A stretch of 64,000 nucleotides of DNA from an uncultured Phycisphaerales bacterium (GCA_937995595.1 CALKJW010000014.1:4876-68875), one strand, 5' to 3'. Counted from the first letter of the stretch, positions 1 through 10,016 are shown. Numbers and translations are program-made. Notes: a model not told the origin generated them from the sequence alone.

Positions 1-196
1 GAGAGGGAAGAGGGCAGGGAGCCGTCGGGGGGCGGTCTCGCCCACCGAGGCTCGATGGTCAAGGGTGCGCAAAGTCGGGACCTGTTCCGGCAAACCCGCG
101 GGGCGGCGAGTACACTCCTACCGCGTTGATTCCCGCGGCTTCGGCGGGTTGAGTTCGGGGCTCTGACACCCGCGGCAGGGCCGCCGCGGGCATGGT

Positions 197-595
197 TTGG
201 GAGATGCCGGCACGATGAAAGCCAAGCCGTGGCAGATCGCGCTGATCGTGATCGGGCTGGTCGTGGGCATCGGCTCCGCTGCGTGGACGATCTTCGGCGG
301 CGATCGTGTCGAACTGGCGAACGTGGTCCTGATGGTGGACGTCGAGAGCGGGCAGATCTACGAAGTGAACCTGAATCGCACCCGGATCACGAACCCAGCG
401 CTGCACCCGACGACCGGCAAACTGCAACTGGTGCGGCTTGACAGGGCGGACGATGGGACGCTGTTCGTGAACCCGCGCGACATGCAGTTGCTGCAGTACC
501 TCGACAAGGACGTGACCAACAAGGCGGTGGACCCGAAGACGGGCGAGTTGCTCATCGCGCCGGGCAAGCCGGTGCGCTACCCGGGCAACAGATGA
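197..595 (+). CDS. hypothetical small membrane-anchored protein (single N-terminal TM helix)
   Basis: ORF track 197..595 (TTG start). An in-frame ATG at 215 gives [27 protein letters not shown]... Composition is ordinary (K/N/Y/D present), unlike the Arg/Ala-rich antisense ORF 59..655. Its TGA overlaps the ATG of the next gene (ATGA at 592-595). No family recognised. Confidence 0.55.
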   Translation: MGDAGTMKAKPWQIALIVIGLVVGIGSAAWTIFGGDRVELANVVLMVDVESGQIYEVNLNRTRITNPALHPTTGKLQLVRLDRADDGTLFVNPRDMQLLQYLDKDVTNKAVDPKTGELLIAPGKPVRYPGNR

Positions 596-1650
596 CCCCG
601 CGGCGATCGAAGGACGGCACCATGAGCACACAGACCCAGCGACGAGGCCCGGCACGCAACGCGTTCACGCTCATCGAGTTGCTGATCGTCATCGCGATCA
701 TCGCGTTGCTGGTGGGCATCCTGCTGCCCTCGCTGAGCAAGGCCCGCGAGGCGGCGCGGCAGATGGTGTGCAAGAGTTCGGCCCGGCAACTGGCCGTCGG
801 ACAGTTGACCTACGGCAACGACTGGAAGGACTACTTCGCGGGCGTGAACACCTCGGGCATGGGCGGGCAGATCGACAACGGGGCCGGCTACCTCGGCGAC
901 ACGCGGAGCGACATGCCGACCACGACCTACGACTGGATCAGCCCGACCATGGGCGACATCGCGCGGATGTCCACGAACAGGGCGCGGCGCTCGAAGGAGA
1001 TCTTCGAGCGTTACGGGTGCGCAGCCACCAAGTTCGAACAGGTGCACTGGGGCGGCGCGGGCGACCTGTCGGACTTTGTCTCGATGATCCAGGAAGTCGG
1101 CATCAAGCAGGTGAGTTACCTCTCTCCGGCCGCGTTCCATCTCTATCCCAACGCCACGCAGGCGGCGCGGTTCCGCCCGCTTGGGCCCAACGGCCAGCCC
1201 TTGTCGATCATCCCGCGGTATGGATTCACAACGCCGGTGTCGGTCGTGTCCACGTACGCGCCGCGGTTTGACAAGGTGGGCACTCAACTGTCGAACAAGG
1301 TGCTCGTCGCCGACGGCACACGATACCTCACGAGCCAGCAGGTCTTGGACTTCGACATCACGCCCAACCCGCAGTGGTACAGTTCGTTCACCGATCCGGG
1401 GCCGATCTTCCGTGGGTCGCAGGCGTATGGCCGCGGCGGCGATGGCGCGCCGAACAACCACAAACTCTCTTTCCGGCACCCGAGCGAGAAGATGAACGTG
1501 GTGTACTTCGACGGGCACGCCGGCGACATGGGCGTCAATCAGGCCCGTCGGGACGCGACCCCGTGGTACCCCAGCGGGAGCATCTTCACGGGCGGTCAGG
1601 CGAGCGAGGAGGCCCAGGCGTTCCACACCGCCGGCCAGGTCCTGCCCTGA
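592..1650 (+). CDS. prepilin-type N-terminal cleavage/methylation domain protein, DUF1559 / H-X9-DG-like family
   Basis: N-terminus ...[39 protein letters not shown] is a class III signal / pseudopilin motif with Glu at +5. The C-terminal ...[20 protein letters not shown] resembles the H-X9-DG motif (10 residues between H and DG here). Start is either ATG 592 (ATGA-coupled to the upstream gene) or ATG 622. Confidence 0.9.
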   Translation: MTPRRSKDGTMSTQTQRRGPARNAFTLIELLIVIAIIALLVGILLPSLSKAREAARQMVCKSSARQLAVGQLTYGNDWKDYFAGVNTSGMGGQIDNGAGYLGDTRSDMPTTTYDWISPTMGDIARMSTNRARRSKEIFERYGCAATKFEQVHWGGAGDLSDFVSMIQEVGIKQVSYLSPAAFHLYPNATQAARFRPLGPNGQPLSIIPRYGFTTPVSVVSTYAPRFDKVGTQLSNKVLVADGTRYLTSQQVLDFDITPNPQWYSSFTDPGPIFRGSQAYGRGGDGAPNNHKLSFRHPSEKMNVVYFDGHAGDMGVNQARRDATPWYPSGSIFTGGQASEEAQAFHTAGQVLP

Positions 1651-2168
1651 CCTTCGCACCCGTGAGGGAATGCCCGGCATCGGGTCGCTGCCCCTGCGGC
1701 CCATTGGGCTGGCCGTTGCACCCCTCTTGACCATACTTTGACCGCAAATCAGGCTGTCTGAGAGCCCGGTGCCTTGCTCCGTCCCGGCCTTGGGCTATCC
1801 TCTGTCTCGGCAACGGGGAGAGAGGTTCCCCGACCTGCCACAGCACAGGGCCTTGAGTTCGGACTGAAAAGAGCACGGAATCGCTCGCGGCCATGATTCT
1901 GCGCCCGGTCCGAGACGCGCAGACCTTGCCGCCCCCCCTCCCCCCCGCCCCCTCAACTCCCCGCCATTCCCATCTCACCCCCCCCACCGCCCCTGCTTCT
2001 TCGCCCTGCTGCCCTCCGGCTCACTCTCTTTGCCCTCGCGGCAAGCGCCACCACGAGTCGAGAACCGGGCCATGACCGACCCGGCACGAAACGAATCCAA
2101 CGACCCGGCACGGGTCGGACGCACGACGAATCCGAGACTTCCAAACACGTCCAAAGGAGAACGACGCG

Positions 2169-4397
2169 ATGAGGATCTTCAAGCAACTGGCGGGCATGCT
2201 CGCCGCGGCGATGTGTATCGCCGGAACCGGGAACGCTCAGGTGGTGATCAGCCAGGTGTACGGCGGCGGCGGGAACACCGGCGCGACGTACCGCAACGAC
2301 TTCATCGAACTGTTCAACCGCGGCGCGACGGCGGTGGACCTGACGGGGTGGTCGGTTCAGTACGCTTCGGTCACCGGCAACTTCAACGCCAAGACCGACC
2401 TGACCTCGTTCGTTCTGCAGCCCGGCCAGTACTACCTGATCCAGCAGGCCCAAGGAGCGGGCGGCACACTGGACCTTCCGACGCCCGACGCGACGGGCAC
2501 GATCGCCATGGGCGCGAGCAGCGGCAAGGTCGCGCTGGTGAGTTCGACGACGCTGATCGGCGCCAACTGCACGGACGCGAGCGTGGTGGACCTGATCGGC
2601 TACGCGTCCAACGCGTCGTGCTTCGAGGGCACGGGCCCGGCTCCGGCTCCGAGCAACACGACCGCGCTGTTCCGTCTGAACGGCGGGTGCCAGGACACGA
2701 ACGACAACAGCGCGGACTTCATCGCGCAGGCCCCTTCGCCGCGGAACTCGGCTTCGACGTTCGGCAACTGCGGCGGCACGCCGCCGACGGGCTCGGCCTC
2801 GGCCAACCCGTTCGTCGTCTGCAACACCGAGAACGTGACGATCACGGTGAGCGTGACGCCGGGCTCGATGCCGGCGAGCACGGGCATCACGGTGACCGGC
2901 AACCTCGGGCCGATCGGCGGCTCGAACAGCCAGTCGTTCACGAACATCGGCGGCAACATGTTCGAGTGGACCCAGACGGTCGGCGCGGGCATTTCGGCCG
3001 GTCTCAAGAGCATGACGATCACAGTCTCGGACGCGCAGAGCCGCACCACCACGACGCCCGTCGACGTGCTGGTTGAACGATGCTACCCGTCGGCCTCGGG
3101 GCTGATCGAGCCGCTGGCGCTATGCACCAGCGGCGGCATGGCCCGCGTGGTGGTGTTCATCAACCCCGCGAGCACGGGCAACCCGGTGTTCGCCGCGGGC
3201 TCGGTGACGGCGGACCTTTCGCTGCTGGGCGGCTCGGCGTCGCAGGCGCTGTACGACGACGGCACCAACGGCGACCGCGTGGCGTTTGACAACACCTGGA
3301 GTTTCGAGTTCGCCGTCGGCGCGTTCCCCGTCGGCGTTCGCACCATGACCTGGCAGGGCACGGACCTCGACGGCCGCACGGTCTCCGGCAGCGGGCAGGT
3401 CGAGATCATCACCTGCACGCCGTCGGCCTCGCAGGTCGTGATCAGCCAGGTGTACGGCGGCGGCGGGAACACCGGCGCGACGTACCGCAACGACTTCATC
3501 GAGATCTTCAACCGCGGCCAGACGCCGGTCGACCTGACCGGCTGGTCGGTGCAGTACGCCTCGAGCGCGGGTGCCTTCAGCGCCAAGACCGACCTGACCT
3601 CGTTTGTCCTGCAGCCGGGCCAGTACTACCTGATCCAGCAGGCGCAGGGCACGGGCGGCACGCTCGACCTGCCCACGCCGGACGCCATCGGCATGATCTC
3701 GATGAGTGCGACGGGCGGCAAGGTGGCGCTCGTCAATACGACGACGTTGATCGGCACCAACTGCTCGCACGCGAGCGTGATGGACCTCGTCGCCTACGGC
3801 ACGGGCCAGTCGTGCCAGGAGGGCCTGCACGGCGCGCCCGGCCTGACCAACACGGTGGCCAACTTCCGTCTTGACGGTGGCTGCCGGGACACCGACCAGA
3901 ACGCGCCGGACTTCTTCCCCGGCGCTCCGGCTCCGCGCAACACGGCTTCGCCGTTGAACTTGTGCCCGTTGGGCCCGGCGACCGGCGCGTGCTGCCTGCT
4001 GGACCAGACCTGCTCGGTGGTGACCGCCGCGGCGTGCGCGACGGCCGGCGGGTTCTACCTCGGTGACGGCGTTGCCTGCAACCAGACGACCTGCAACGGC
4101 CAGAGCGTGGCGTGCTGCCTGAACGGCTCGTGCACGGTGCTGGCGCTGGGCGGGTGCGTGTTCTCCGGCGGCACGCCGGACTCGTTCGCGACCAACTGCA
4201 CCGGCGTGTCGTGCCCCAACCCGTGCCCGGCCGACTGGGACGGGAACACGATCGTCGAGGTCGCGGATATCTTCGCGTTCCTCTCCGACTGGTTCGCGGG
4301 GAACGCCGCCGCGACGAACTTTGGCGGCACGCCCGGCGTGCCGGCGATCTTCGCCTTCCTCGGCGCGTGGTTCGCTCATGGCGTCGGCCCGTGCTGA
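2169..4397 (+). CDS. secreted protein with two lamin-tail (LTD) domains, Ig-like middle region, Cys-rich repeats and a dockerin-like C-terminal module
   Basis: Signal peptide MRIFKQLAGMLAAAMCIAGTGNAQ. The LTD signature VVISQVYGGGGNTGATYRNDFIE(L/I)FNRG...VDLTGWSVQYAS...GQYYLIQQ occurs twice. Two ACCL..C..V....C...GG repeats follow. The C-terminus is CPADWDGNTIVEVADIFAFLSDWFAGN...IFAFLGAWFAHGVGPC. RBS-like aaaggaga lies upstream of ATG 2169. Confidence 0.85.
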   Translation: MRIFKQLAGMLAAAMCIAGTGNAQVVISQVYGGGGNTGATYRNDFIELFNRGATAVDLTGWSVQYASVTGNFNAKTDLTSFVLQPGQYYLIQQAQGAGGTLDLPTPDATGTIAMGASSGKVALVSSTTLIGANCTDASVVDLIGYASNASCFEGTGPAPAPSNTTALFRLNGGCQDTNDNSADFIAQAPSPRNSASTFGNCGGTPPTGSASANPFVVCNTENVTITVSVTPGSMPASTGITVTGNLGPIGGSNSQSFTNIGGNMFEWTQTVGAGISAGLKSMTITVSDAQSRTTTTPVDVLVERCYPSASGLIEPLALCTSGGMARVVVFINPASTGNPVFAAGSVTADLSLLGGSASQALYDDGTNGDRVAFDNTWSFEFAVGAFPVGVRTMTWQGTDLDGRTVSGSGQVEIITCTPSASQVVISQVYGGGGNTGATYRNDFIEIFNRGQTPVDLTGWSVQYASSAGAFSAKTDLTSFVLQPGQYYLIQQAQGTGGTLDLPTPDAIGMISMSATGGKVALVNTTTLIGTNCSHASVMDLVAYGTGQSCQEGLHGAPGLTNTVANFRLDGGCRDTDQNAPDFFPGAPAPRNTASPLNLCPLGPATGACCLLDQTCSVVTAAACATAGGFYLGDGVACNQTTCNGQSVACCLNGSCTVLALGGCVFSGGTPDSFATNCTGVSCPNPCPADWDGNTIVEVADIFAFLSDWFAGNAAATNFGGTPGVPAIFAFLGAWFAHGVGPC
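2238..2756 (+). repeat. LTD module copy 1 (internal gene duplication, 173 codons)
   Basis: Residues Q24-S196. Collinear, with no indels, with residues Q422-S594. The first ~70 nt are almost identical at DNA level (caggt[g/c]gtgatcagccaggtgtacggcggcggcgggaacaccggcgcgacgtaccgcaacgacttcatcga). Confidence 0.8.
3432..3950 (+). repeat. LTD module copy 2 (internal gene duplication, 173 codons)
   Basis: Offset of exactly 1194 nt (398 codons) from copy 1, same length. High protein and DNA similarity by eye; exact identity not computed. Confidence 0.8.
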
Positions 4398-4429
4398 TCT
4401 GACACGGGATTGATCGACAGTGCACCACA

Positions 4430-4458
4430 GGCCCCCGCCCTCGGGCGGGGGCCTTTTT
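4430..4458 (+). terminator. intrinsic terminator downstream of the LTD gene
   Basis: Perfect GC stem GGCCCCCGCCC / GGGCGGGGGCC (4430-4440 / 4443-4453) followed directly by TTTTT (4454-4458), 33 nt after the stop codon. Confidence 0.75.
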
Positions 4459-4515
4459 GCTGCGCGCACCGATCGGGCGCGGTGTCCGTACACTTGCCGA
4501 CCCAGGGAGCACCGC

Positions 4516-5949
4516 ATGCCCGGCATCAACGACGTTCTGGCGTGGCTGGAGACCAACGAGAAGCAGTCGGTCTCGCGACTGATCGACTGGCTCAAGATCC
4601 CGAGCATCAGCACGGACCCGGCGTACAAGGCCGATGTGCGCCGCGCGGCGGAGTGGGCCGCGGCGCACCTGCGCGAGAGCGGTCTGCACGCCGAGATCCA
4701 CGAGACCGGCGACCCCGCGGGGAGCGGGCACCCGATCGTGCTGGCGACCACGCCGGGCGTCGAGGCTGGGCCGGGCCCGCACGTGCTGTTCTACGGGCAC
4801 TACGACGTGCAGCCGGTCGACCCGGTGGACCTGTGGGAGTCCGGTCCGTTCGAGCCGGTCGTCAAGCCCGCGACACCGGGCGGGCCGGGCGAACGCGTCG
4901 TGGCGCGCGGCGCGTGCGACGACAAGGGTCAGGTGATGATGTTCCTCGAAGCGCTGCGCGCGTGGAAGCAGGCCGGCGGCGAGGTCGCGGGCGGGGCGCG
5001 CTTCACCGTGCTGCTCGAGGGCGAGGAGGAGTCGGGATCGGTGAACCTCGAACGCTACCTGCGGCAGAACGCCGAGCGGTTCCGCAAGTGCGACGTGTGC
5101 CTGATCTCGGACACGGGCATGCTCTCGCGCGAGCAGCCGGCGATCACGTACGGCGTGCGCGGCCTGACCTACACCGAGATCAAACTGCACGGCCCGAACC
5201 AGGACCTGCACTCGGGCCTGTGGGGCGGTCGGTGCCCGAACCCCAACAACGAACTGGTCAAGGTGCTCTCGCAGTTGTGGGACGCGGACCGGCGGGTGAC
5301 GATCCCCGGGTTCTACGACTCGGTGCGCCCGCTGGGGGCCGACGAGCGGGCGGCGTGGGCGAAACTCAACGTCGACGCCGCGGGCGCGCTGAAGAAGATC
5401 GGCCTGCCGCCCGAGGCGGACGTGGGCGAGGCGGGGTACACGTCCGTGGAACGCGAGTGGGCGCGGCCGACGGCGGAGATCAACGGCATCTACGGCGGCT
5501 ACACGGGCGCAGGGGCCAAGACGGTGATCCCCGCGTGGGCGGCGGCGAAGGTGAGTTTCCGGCTCGTCGCCGACCAGCAACCGCAGAAGATCGCCGAGGC
5601 GTTCTTCGCGTGGTGCCGCGAGCGCACGCCGCCGGGCTGCCGGTGGGAGTTCCACCTGCACTCGGGCGGCGACCCGGCGACGGTGAAGACGGACTCGCCG
5701 CTGCTGCGTGCCGCGGCGTCGGCGGTCGAGAAGGCGACGGGCCGCGCGCCGGCGATGATCAAGAGCGGCGGGTCGATCCCGGTCGCGGGGCAACTCAAGG
5801 CGGTCTGCGGGCTGGAGACGGTGTTCATGGGCTTCGGGCTCGACGACGACCGCGTGCACTCGCCGAACGAGAAGTTCGAACTGGCGTGCTACCGGATGGG
5901 CGCGCGGTCGCACGCGTGGTACATTGAGCACCTGCGCGGCATGCGGTGA
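4516..5949 (+). CDS. M20 family metallopeptidase (dipeptidase / ArgE-DapE-CPG2-like)
   Basis: MPGINDVLAWLETNEKQSVSRLIDWLKIPSIS..., HVLFYGHYDVQPVDP, GACDDKGQVMMFLEAL, VLLEGEEESGS and ...DDRVHSPNEKF are hallmark M20 motifs. ATG 4516 is preceded by agggag. The ORF-track GTG at 4420 would overlap the terminator. Confidence 0.9.
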   Translation: MPGINDVLAWLETNEKQSVSRLIDWLKIPSISTDPAYKADVRRAAEWAAAHLRESGLHAEIHETGDPAGSGHPIVLATTPGVEAGPGPHVLFYGHYDVQPVDPVDLWESGPFEPVVKPATPGGPGERVVARGACDDKGQVMMFLEALRAWKQAGGEVAGGARFTVLLEGEEESGSVNLERYLRQNAERFRKCDVCLISDTGMLSREQPAITYGVRGLTYTEIKLHGPNQDLHSGLWGGRCPNPNNELVKVLSQLWDADRRVTIPGFYDSVRPLGADERAAWAKLNVDAAGALKKIGLPPEADVGEAGYTSVEREWARPTAEINGIYGGYTGAGAKTVIPAWAAAKVSFRLVADQQPQKIAEAFFAWCRERTPPGCRWEFHLHSGGDPATVKTDSPLLRAAASAVEKATGRAPAMIKSGGSIPVAGQLKAVCGLETVFMGFGLDDDRVHSPNEKFELACYRMGARSHAWYIEHLRGMR

Positions 5950-6000
5950 AGCCCGGCGCGGCGCCGGGCGCGGTGCGTGCGGGAGCGCGACTGTGCGAGC

Positions 6001-9000
6001 ATGACGTATCCCCCCGTGCCGCCATCCTCGCCCGACGACACGCCGACGGCGATGCCCGCCGCGTCATCGGGCGCGGCTTCGCACGCGGCGGGCGACGATG
6101 CGCCGAACGCGCCGCCGCGTGCGGCGCAGACCGCGCAGGGCGGAACCGGCGCGGATGATGCACCGACCGCCGCCCCGGCGCGACCGGCGGCCCCGCCGCC
6201 CGCGACCGGCAGCGGGGACGATCAGCCGACGGTCATGTCGGCCCGCGCGCCGGGTTTCCGCATCGGGCCGTACGAGGTCGAGGCCGAACTCGGGCGCGGC
6301 GGGATGGGCGTGGTGTATCTGGCGCGCGACCCGAGATTGGACCGGCGCGTCGCGCTCAAGGGCATCACCGAGTCGTTCGCGGCGGACGCGGAATCGATGG
6401 CCCGCTTCCAGCGCGAGGCGCGGACACTGGCGTCTCTGAACCACCCGAACATCGCGGCGATCTACGGCCTTGAGGAGCACCAGGGCGCGACGTACCTGGT
6501 GCTGGAACTGGTCGAAGGCCTGACGCTGGCGGACAAACTCAGGCAGGGCAGACTGGGGTGGGAGGAGTCGTGCAGGGTCGGCGTGCAGATCGCCCAAGCG
6601 CTGGAGGCTGCGCACCAGCGCGGCATCATCCACCGCGACCTCAAGCCCGCGAACATCAAGTTCACCAGCGAGGGCGTGCTGAAGATCCTGGACTTCGGCC
6701 TGGCAAAGCAGGCGCCCGCGGGCGGCGCGCCCCAGAGCGTCGAGCACTCGATCACCGTCCGCACCGAGGCGGGCGCGATCATGGGCACGCCGGGCTACAT
6801 GAGCCCGGAGCAGGCGCGCGGGCAGCCGGTCGACCGGCGCTGCGACATCTGGGCCTTCGGGTGCATTCTCTACGAGTGCCTGACCGGCCGGCGCACCTAC
6901 AGCGGGCCGACCGCGACCGACGCCATCGCCGCGACGCTGATGCTGGACCCGGACTGGTCGAGCTTGCCCGACGGGACGCCCGCGCGGCTGGACGAACTGA
7001 TCCGCCGGTGCCTGAAGAAGAAACTCGACGACCGGCTGAAGGACGCGGGCGAAGCGCGGCTGGAACTGGCGGGCCTGCTCGCCAGCGCGCAGACGCCGCT
7101 GCCGACGCGCGTGCGCACCACGATTCTCAAGCCCGCGGCGGAGGCGCAGGCCGTCGCGGGCAACCTGCCGCGGCAGGTGACGAGTTTCGTCGGGCGCGAC
7201 CGCGAACTGGGGCAGGTCGCGCAGATGCTCGCCGAGCCTGGGTTGGTGACGCTGGCGGGCGCGGGCGGGTGCGGCAAGACGCGGCTGGCGATCGAGTCGG
7301 CCCGTGCCGCGGCGGCGCAACTCGACGGCGGGGCGTGGCTGGTGGAACTGGCGCCGCTGACCGACCCGGGGCTGGTGGTGCAGGCGTGCGCCGAGGCGAT
7401 GGGCGTGCGCGAGGAGGGCGGCAGGCCGCTGCTCAAGTTGCTGCTGGCGGCGATCGGCCAGCGCATGTGCCTGATCGTGCTGGACAACTGCGAGCACGTG
7501 CTGGAGTCGGCGGCGCGGCTGGCGGACGCGATCCTCCGCGCGTGCCCGAACGTGCGCGTGCTGGCGACCAGCCGCGAGGCGCTGGGCATCCCCGGCGAGC
7601 ACACGTTCCGCGTGCCGTCGCTGGCGACGCCGGACCCGAAGAACGTGCGCGGCGCGGCGGACCTGGAGCCGTTCGGCGCGGTGCAGTTGCTGCTTGAGCG
7701 GGTGAAGGCGGTCGCGCCGCAGTTTGCGCTCAACGACGCGAACGCCGGCGCGGTGGCGCGCATCTGCCACCGGCTGGACGGCATCCCGCTGGCGATCGAA
7801 CTCGTGGCCGCGCGGTTCAAGGCGATGACGCCGGTCCAGATCGCCCAGCGTCTGGGCGAGGCCTTCCGCCTGTTGACGGGCGGGAGCCGCACGGCCCTGC
7901 CGCGGCAGCAGACGCTGCGCGCACTGATCGACTGGAGTTACGGCCTGTTGAGCGAGCAGGAGAGGACGCTGCTCCGCCGGCTGTCGGTGTTCGCGGGCGG
8001 GTGGCGTCTGGAGGCGGCCGAGCGCGTGTGTTCGGGCGAGGGCATCGACGAGTTCGAGGTCGTGGACCTGCTCACGCATCTGGTGGACAAGTCGCTGGTG
8101 GTGTTCGAGCACGAGCACGACGCCGCGGCGACCGACGCGGCCCGGTACCGCATGTTGGAAACGGTCCGCCAGTACAGCCGCGACAAACTGCTGGAGACCG
8201 GCGAAGGGCCCGCGCTGCGGACGGCGCACCTGGACTACTACCTGGAGTTCGCGACCGAGTGCGACAAGCACCTGCGCGGGGCCGAGCAGGGCGTGTGGAT
8301 CCACCGACTGGAGTCGGAGCACGACAACATGCGCGCCGCCAGCGAGTGGTGCACGGCCGAGGGCGGCGACGGGGCAAAGGCCCTGCGGCTTGGCGCGGCG
8401 CTGTTCCGGTACTGGTGGTCGCGCGGGCACCTGTCCGAGGGGCGTGCGCACATGACCGGCGCGCTGGAGGCCGACACCGCCGGCGCGCCGACGCGCGACC
8501 GCGCGACGGTCCTGCACGCCGCGGGATGGCTGGCCAAGATGCAGGGCGATCTCGACGTCGCGGCGGACTTCCTGAGCCGGTCGATCGAGGTGCGGCGCAC
8601 GATCAACGACAACGTCGGGCTGGCGGGGACGCTCAACATCCTCGGCCTTGTGACGCAGGCACGCGGCGACCTTGACGGGGCGGAGAAACTCTACAACGAG
8701 AGTTTGGCGATCCAGCGCGAACTGAACAACAAACGCGGCGTCGCGGGCGTGCTGCTGAACATGGGCGTGCTCGCGCTGACGCAGGGCAAGGTCGAGGACG
8801 CCGAGAAGCACTGGCAGGAGTGTCTGGGCGTGTTCCGCGCGGCGGGCGACAGGCTGTACACCGCGGGCGTGCTGTGCAACCTCGGCAACGCGGCGATGCG
8901 CCGCAAGGACCTCGCCGCGGCGCGGGAGCGGTACACCGAGAGTCTGAAACTGTTCCGCGAGTACGGCAGCCCGGGCGACGTCGCGCTGCTGGTCGATGGC

Positions 9001-9255
9001 TTCGCGGGGCTGGCGATGGCGTCGGGGTTCCCGAAACGCGCCGCGCGGCTCTACGGGGCCGCCGCGGCGATGCGCGACCGAACCGGCGCGGCGATCGCCG
9101 TCGAGGACAAGGCCGACCACGAGAAGGCGGTGGCCGAGGTGCGTGCCGCGCTGGGGCCGGAGGCGTTTGACGCGGCGATGAACGCGGGGCGCGCCGTGGG
9201 CGAGGCCGCGGCGGTCAAGGAGTCGCTGGAGCAGTGGGCGGAGGACGTGGCGTAG
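6001..9255 (+). CDS. Ser/Thr protein kinase fused to a STAND (NB-ARC-like) NTPase and TPR repeats
   Basis: Kinase motifs: [42 protein letters not shown]. Then [11 protein letters not shown]...[13 protein letters not shown] (Walker A), [10 protein letters not shown] (Walker B), [26 protein letters not shown]-like repeats occupy the last ~350 aa. Alternative GTG start at 5977. Confidence 0.9.
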   Translation: MTYPPVPPSSPDDTPTAMPAASSGAASHAAGDDAPNAPPRAAQTAQGGTGADDAPTAAPARPAAPPPATGSGDDQPTVMSARAPGFRIGPYEVEAELGRGGMGVVYLARDPRLDRRVALKGITESFAADAESMARFQREARTLASLNHPNIAAIYGLEEHQGATYLVLELVEGLTLADKLRQGRLGWEESCRVGVQIAQALEAAHQRGIIHRDLKPANIKFTSEGVLKILDFGLAKQAPAGGAPQSVEHSITVRTEAGAIMGTPGYMSPEQARGQPVDRRCDIWAFGCILYECLTGRRTYSGPTATDAIAATLMLDPDWSSLPDGTPARLDELIRRCLKKKLDDRLKDAGEARLELAGLLASAQTPLPTRVRTTILKPAAEAQAVAGNLPRQVTSFVGRDRELGQVAQMLAEPGLVTLAGAGGCGKTRLAIESARAAAAQLDGGAWLVELAPLTDPGLVVQACAEAMGVREEGGRPLLKLLLAAIGQRMCLIVLDNCEHVLESAARLADAILRACPNVRVLATSREALGIPGEHTFRVPSLATPDPKNVRGAADLEPFGAVQLLLERVKAVAPQFALNDANAGAVARICHRLDGIPLAIELVAARFKAMTPVQIAQRLGEAFRLLTGGSRTALPRQQTLRALIDWSYGLLSEQERTLLRRLSVFAGGWRLEAAERVCSGEGIDEFEVVDLLTHLVDKSLVVFEHEHDAAATDAARYRMLETVRQYSRDKLLETGEGPALRTAHLDYYLEFATECDKHLRGAEQGVWIHRLESEHDNMRAASEWCTAEGGDGAKALRLGAALFRYWWSRGHLSEGRAHMTGALEADTAGAPTRDRATVLHAAGWLAKMQGDLDVAADFLSRSIEVRRTINDNVGLAGTLNILGLVTQARGDLDGAEKLYNESLAIQRELNNKRGVAGVLLNMGVLALTQGKVEDAEKHWQECLGVFRAAGDRLYTAGVLCNLGNAAMRRKDLAAARERYTESLKLFREYGSPGDVALLVDGFAGLAMASGFPKRAARLYGAAAAMRDRTGAAIAVEDKADHEKAVAEVRAALGPEAFDAAMNAGRAVGEAAAVKESLEQWAEDVA

Positions 9256-9349
9256 CGCGGCGGCGCGTGCCGCGCCGGCGTGCGCCGATCGAATCTCGCT
9301 GACCCCCAACCACCCGCCCCCAGACGTCCCCGGACAAACAGCAAGGCAA

Positions 9350-9423
9350 CACGGGCGAAAGGACTCGAACCTTTAACCTCCTGATCCGTAGTCAGGTGCT
9401 CTATCCAATTGAGCTACGCCCGC
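9350..9423 (-). tRNA. tRNA-Arg (anticodon ACG)
   Basis: The reverse complement GCGGGCGTAGCTCAATTGGATAGAGCACCTGACTACGGATCAGGAGGTTAAAGGTTCGAGTCCTTTCGCCCGTG folds as a cloverleaf. Acceptor GCGGGCG/CGCCCGT (G1-U72), D stem GCTC/GAGC, anticodon stem CCTGA/TCAGG with loop CTACGGA, T arm AAAGG-TTCGAGT-CCTTT. CCA is not encoded. Confidence 0.93.
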
Positions 9424-9577
9424 TCAGGGGCCGCATGGTAGGAAAGGGGAAATCGGGCGGCAAGGGAAGGTCGGAAAATGGGCGGGTCAGTCGCGGCGCG
9501 GGCCGCGGTTGGGGCGGGTATTTGAGGGCCGCGCCGGGGTTGGCGCAGCCGGGAGCGGCCTGCACGGCGCGGCAGCC

Positions 9578-9606
9578 TTGATCGGCAGGTGCGGGCGGCC
9601 AATACT
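9578..9606 (+). promoter_or_regulatory. candidate sigma70-type promoter for rpsT
   Basis: TTGATC (9578-9583), 17-nt spacer, AATACT (9601-9606), about 50 nt upstream of the rpsT ATG. Based on motif resemblance only. Confidence 0.3.
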
Positions 9607-9654
9607 TGCCCTCGCACGTCGAATCCCCGTTGCAAACAGGACCCGAAGGCTCAT

Positions 9655-9927
9655 ATGGCTCACTCGCTCTCGGCCAAGAAGCGCATCCGTCAGAACGCCA
9701 AACGTCGCGCCCGCAACCGCTGGCGGCTCCGCACCATGCGGGACGCGATCCGCGATTTCCTGAACAAGTTGACGCACGGGCAGGTGGCCGAGGCCAAGAC
9801 CTCGTTCCAGAGCCTGCAGAAACTCATCGACCGCACCGCGGCCAAGGGCGTGATTCACAAGAATCAGGCCGCCCGCCGCAAGAGCCGGCTGAACAAGCGG
9901 CTCAAGGAACGCGCCGGCGCCAAGTAA
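9655..9927 (+). CDS. rpsT: 30S ribosomal protein S20
   Basis: MAHSLSAKKRIRQNAKRRARNRWRLRTMRDAIRDF...AAKGVIHKNQAARRKSRLNKRLKE is typical S20. Start is ATG 9655, within the longer ORF-track frame 9589..9927. Confidence 0.93.
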   Translation: MAHSLSAKKRIRQNAKRRARNRWRLRTMRDAIRDFLNKLTHGQVAEAKTSFQSLQKLIDRTAAKGVIHKNQAARRKSRLNKRLKERAGAK

Positions 9928-9975
9928 GGCACGCCGCGCCGAAGCCGCTTCGAGCGGCAGCAGAGCAACACCCCA

Positions 9976-10016
9976 CGGCCCGCGCCCCGGATGGAGCGCG
10001 GGCCGCTGTGCTTTCG
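9976..10016 (+). terminator. possible terminator hairpin after rpsT
   Basis: CGGCCCGCGC (9976-9985) / GCGCGGGCCG (9996-10005), 10-nt loop, followed by ctgtgctttc. The U-tract is weak. Confidence 0.35.

Noticed and set aside
1-196. Possible partial gene at the left window edge (frame-1 open reading to ~129; antisense ORF 59..655)
   Set aside because: The translations are low-complexity with no recognisable motif. The evidence is insufficient to call a CDS.
5950-5976. GC hairpin GCCCGGCGC-g-GCGCCGGGC after the M20 peptidase stop as a terminator
   Set aside because: The loop is too small, there is no U-tract, and the kinase gene starts within ~30-50 nt. It is more likely just GC-rich palindromic sequence.
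6064-9309. 1,081-aa ORF antisense to the kinase-STAND-TPR gene
   Set aside because: Arg-rich shadow frame. The plus-strand frame carries complete kinase, P-loop and TPR motifs.
9256-9654. tRNA-Arg as an integration hotspot or genomic island boundary
   Set aside because: No integrase, excisionase, transposase or direct repeat of the tRNA 3' end was seen on either side. The flanking genes are a kinase and rpsT.
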